Assembly (NCBI GenBank): GCA_036005805.1
Contig: DASYQE010000210.1
Location: forward strand, 17,061-81,060
DNA length: 64,000 nt
Direction: 5' to 3'
Source of the DNA: Candidatus Polarisedimenticolia bacterium
GTDB taxonomy: Bacteria > Acidobacteriota > Polarisedimenticolia > Gp22-AA2
Within the stretch, counting starts at the first letter, position 1. The number at the start of each line of letters is the position of its first letter. Made by a program: the position numbers and the translations under genes. The notes below the pieces were generated by a model that worked only from the letters and a program-made list of their open reading frames with translations, searched no databases and was not told where the DNA came from. This document shows positions 63,014 to 64,000 of the stretch, in pieces.

Positions 63014-63604
63014 TCAGTAGGCGCCGCCGAGGACGATCGTCAGGCCGATGTTCGGCTCCAGATACGTGACGTCGTTGCCGCTGTCGCTGAAGCTGACGCG
63101 GCGCAGATCAAAGCGGAACCCGGTGCGCGCGCCGCCGAACAGACGGATGCCGCCGCCGATGTTCCACGAGGAGTGCACCTGGTCACCGATCGCATCGGGG
63201 TCGGCGACGAACCCGAAGCTGCTGGTGTTGATGACGCCGATGCCGCCCGCGGCGTACAGCACCACCTTGTCGCGGCGGTGCACGAAGAAGTTGTAGAGGT
63301 AGTCCACCTGGCCACCGAGCAGATCGACCGTCACGTCGATGTCCGGGCTGTCGGTCGATCCGCCGAAGAACCCGAACTCGACCATGTGGTGCTTGGTCCA
63401 GTGATAACCGAAGCGGAAGCCGATGTCCCAGGTGTCGTCGATGAGCGTGGCGCCATCGACCTTGTCGAACCTCATCTGGCCGAAGTAGGGATTGATCTCC
63501 CAGGCCTTCTCGCGATTCTGGGCCCACGCGGGAGCGGCAAGCGTGCACAACGACAGGAACGCCGCCAACGGCACCACTTTCCAGACACGGAACGCCGTCA
63601 TCAT
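63014..63604 (-). CDS. Outer-membrane beta-barrel protein (OmpW/OmpA-like small porin family)
   Basis: Signal peptide (AAPAWA), alternating beta-strand pattern and a C-terminal aromatic residue (GGAY). Confidence 0.6.
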   Translation of the reverse strand: MMTAFRVWKVVPLAAFLSLCTLAAPAWAQNREKAWEINPYFGQMRFDKVDGATLIDDTWDIGFRFGYHWTKHHMVEFGFFGGSTDSPDIDVTVDLLGGQVDYLYNFFVHRRDKVVLYAAGGIGVINTSSFGFVADPDAIGDQVHSSWNIGGGIRLFGGARTGFRFDLRRVSFSDSGNDVTYLEPNIGLTIVLGGAY

Positions 63605-63741
63605 CCCCCCGCGGATTGGTGGCAAAACGAGCGCATACCTTTGCAGAACCCCCCTGCCCTGTCAAGCCCGAGCCGCGCGCGGAACCGGTCGGAATGCGGG
63701 GAAGGCGCCGCGTCCGGGCGGCCATTGGCTACAATAGCGGT

Positions 63742-64000
63742 CATGAGCGCGTCCGCGGTCGAAACCCGCACCCTCCTCAAGCTCCGCGACGGCCGGAGCG
63801 AGGCGGCCGCCGAGGACTGGGTGGTGGTCGAAGAGCCCCTGGAGATCCGCGTCGGCGGGGAAACACTCGCCGTGGTCATGCGGACCCCCGGCGACGATCT
63901 GGAGCTCGCGGCCGGCTTCGCCCTGACCGAGGGGGTCGTCTCCGAGCCGCGCGGCCTCGGGACCATCCGCCGCTGTCCCGAGGCGAAGGACGGCGGCGAG
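63742..64000 (+). CDS. fdhD: Formate dehydrogenase accessory sulfurtransferase FdhD; 5' end only, truncated by the window end
   Basis: MSASAVETRTLLKLRDG...EEPLEIRVGGETLAVVMRTPGDDLELAAGFALTEGVV. A TACAAT lies 7 nt upstream of the ATG. Confidence 0.75.

Overview
This window is a high-GC (about 70%) bacterial chromosomal segment, apparently from a Gram-negative, LPS-producing organism. I guess an Acidobacteriota-like lineage, but only from gene content and protein flavour, so that guess carries low confidence. Genes are densely packed and are mostly conserved housekeeping. I can support about 60 protein-coding genes and found no rRNA, tRNA, CRISPR array or obvious mobile element.

Recognisable blocks, in order:
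- An Fe-S/Moco group: a partial iscU-like gene, moaA, a 2Fe-2S ferredoxin and a RidA-family gene.
- A Kdo pathway operon (kdsB, pyrG, kdsA, kdsD, kdsC, lapA-like), followed by an LPS core cluster: a heptose-phosphate kinase, a Trm112-like gene, two GT9 heptosyltransferases and a Kdo/WaaP-family kinase.
- tatA-tatC and ctpA.
- A heat-shock neighbourhood: groESL with a canonical CIRCE operator, clpB-hsp20, htpX and grpE.
- polA and glyA.
- A tightly coupled memo1-lptD-rmlD-(prenol kinase/DUF92 fusion)-ubiA operon.
- A nitrilase-family hydrolase and a B12-binding radical SAM gene, then efp, nadE, rsmI, smpB and thiS-thiG.
- A DUF1611 gene and a dipeptide epimerase.
- A sigma-54 activator divergent from a sigma-54-promoted small ORF, with a GGDEF-GAF/EAL gene pair beside it.
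- An ABC substrate-binding protein, an outer-membrane beta-barrel protein and the start of fdhD.

The ORF track reports non-ATG starts (GTG, TTG, CTG) as M. Many of the long ORFs it lists are antisense or out-of-frame GC artefacts and I did not call them.

Three modules look genuinely uncharacterised and worth follow-up:
- A single-domain ClpX/ClpB-D2-like AAA+ ATPase with an unrecognised N-terminal domain, translationally coupled to a 223-aa unknown protein and transcribed divergently from the groES CIRCE promoter.
- A textbook sigma-54 promoter driving a 66-aa Lys-rich unknown protein, embedded between its likely activator and a c-di-GMP cyclase/phosphodiesterase pair.
- A predicted free-prenol salvage fusion (VTE5-like CTP-dependent kinase plus VTE6-like DUF92) with a UbiA prenyltransferase, fused into the lptD/rmlD envelope operon.

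Two genome-wide habits are also visible: frequent 4-nt start/stop overlaps (GTGA, ATGA, TTGA, CTGA), and -10-like hexamers 5 to 8 nt upstream of ATG codons, which suggests frequent leaderless mRNAs. Coordinates I derived by hand from motifs may be off by 1 to 2 nt. Start codons of several genes are uncertain and are flagged in the evidence fields.
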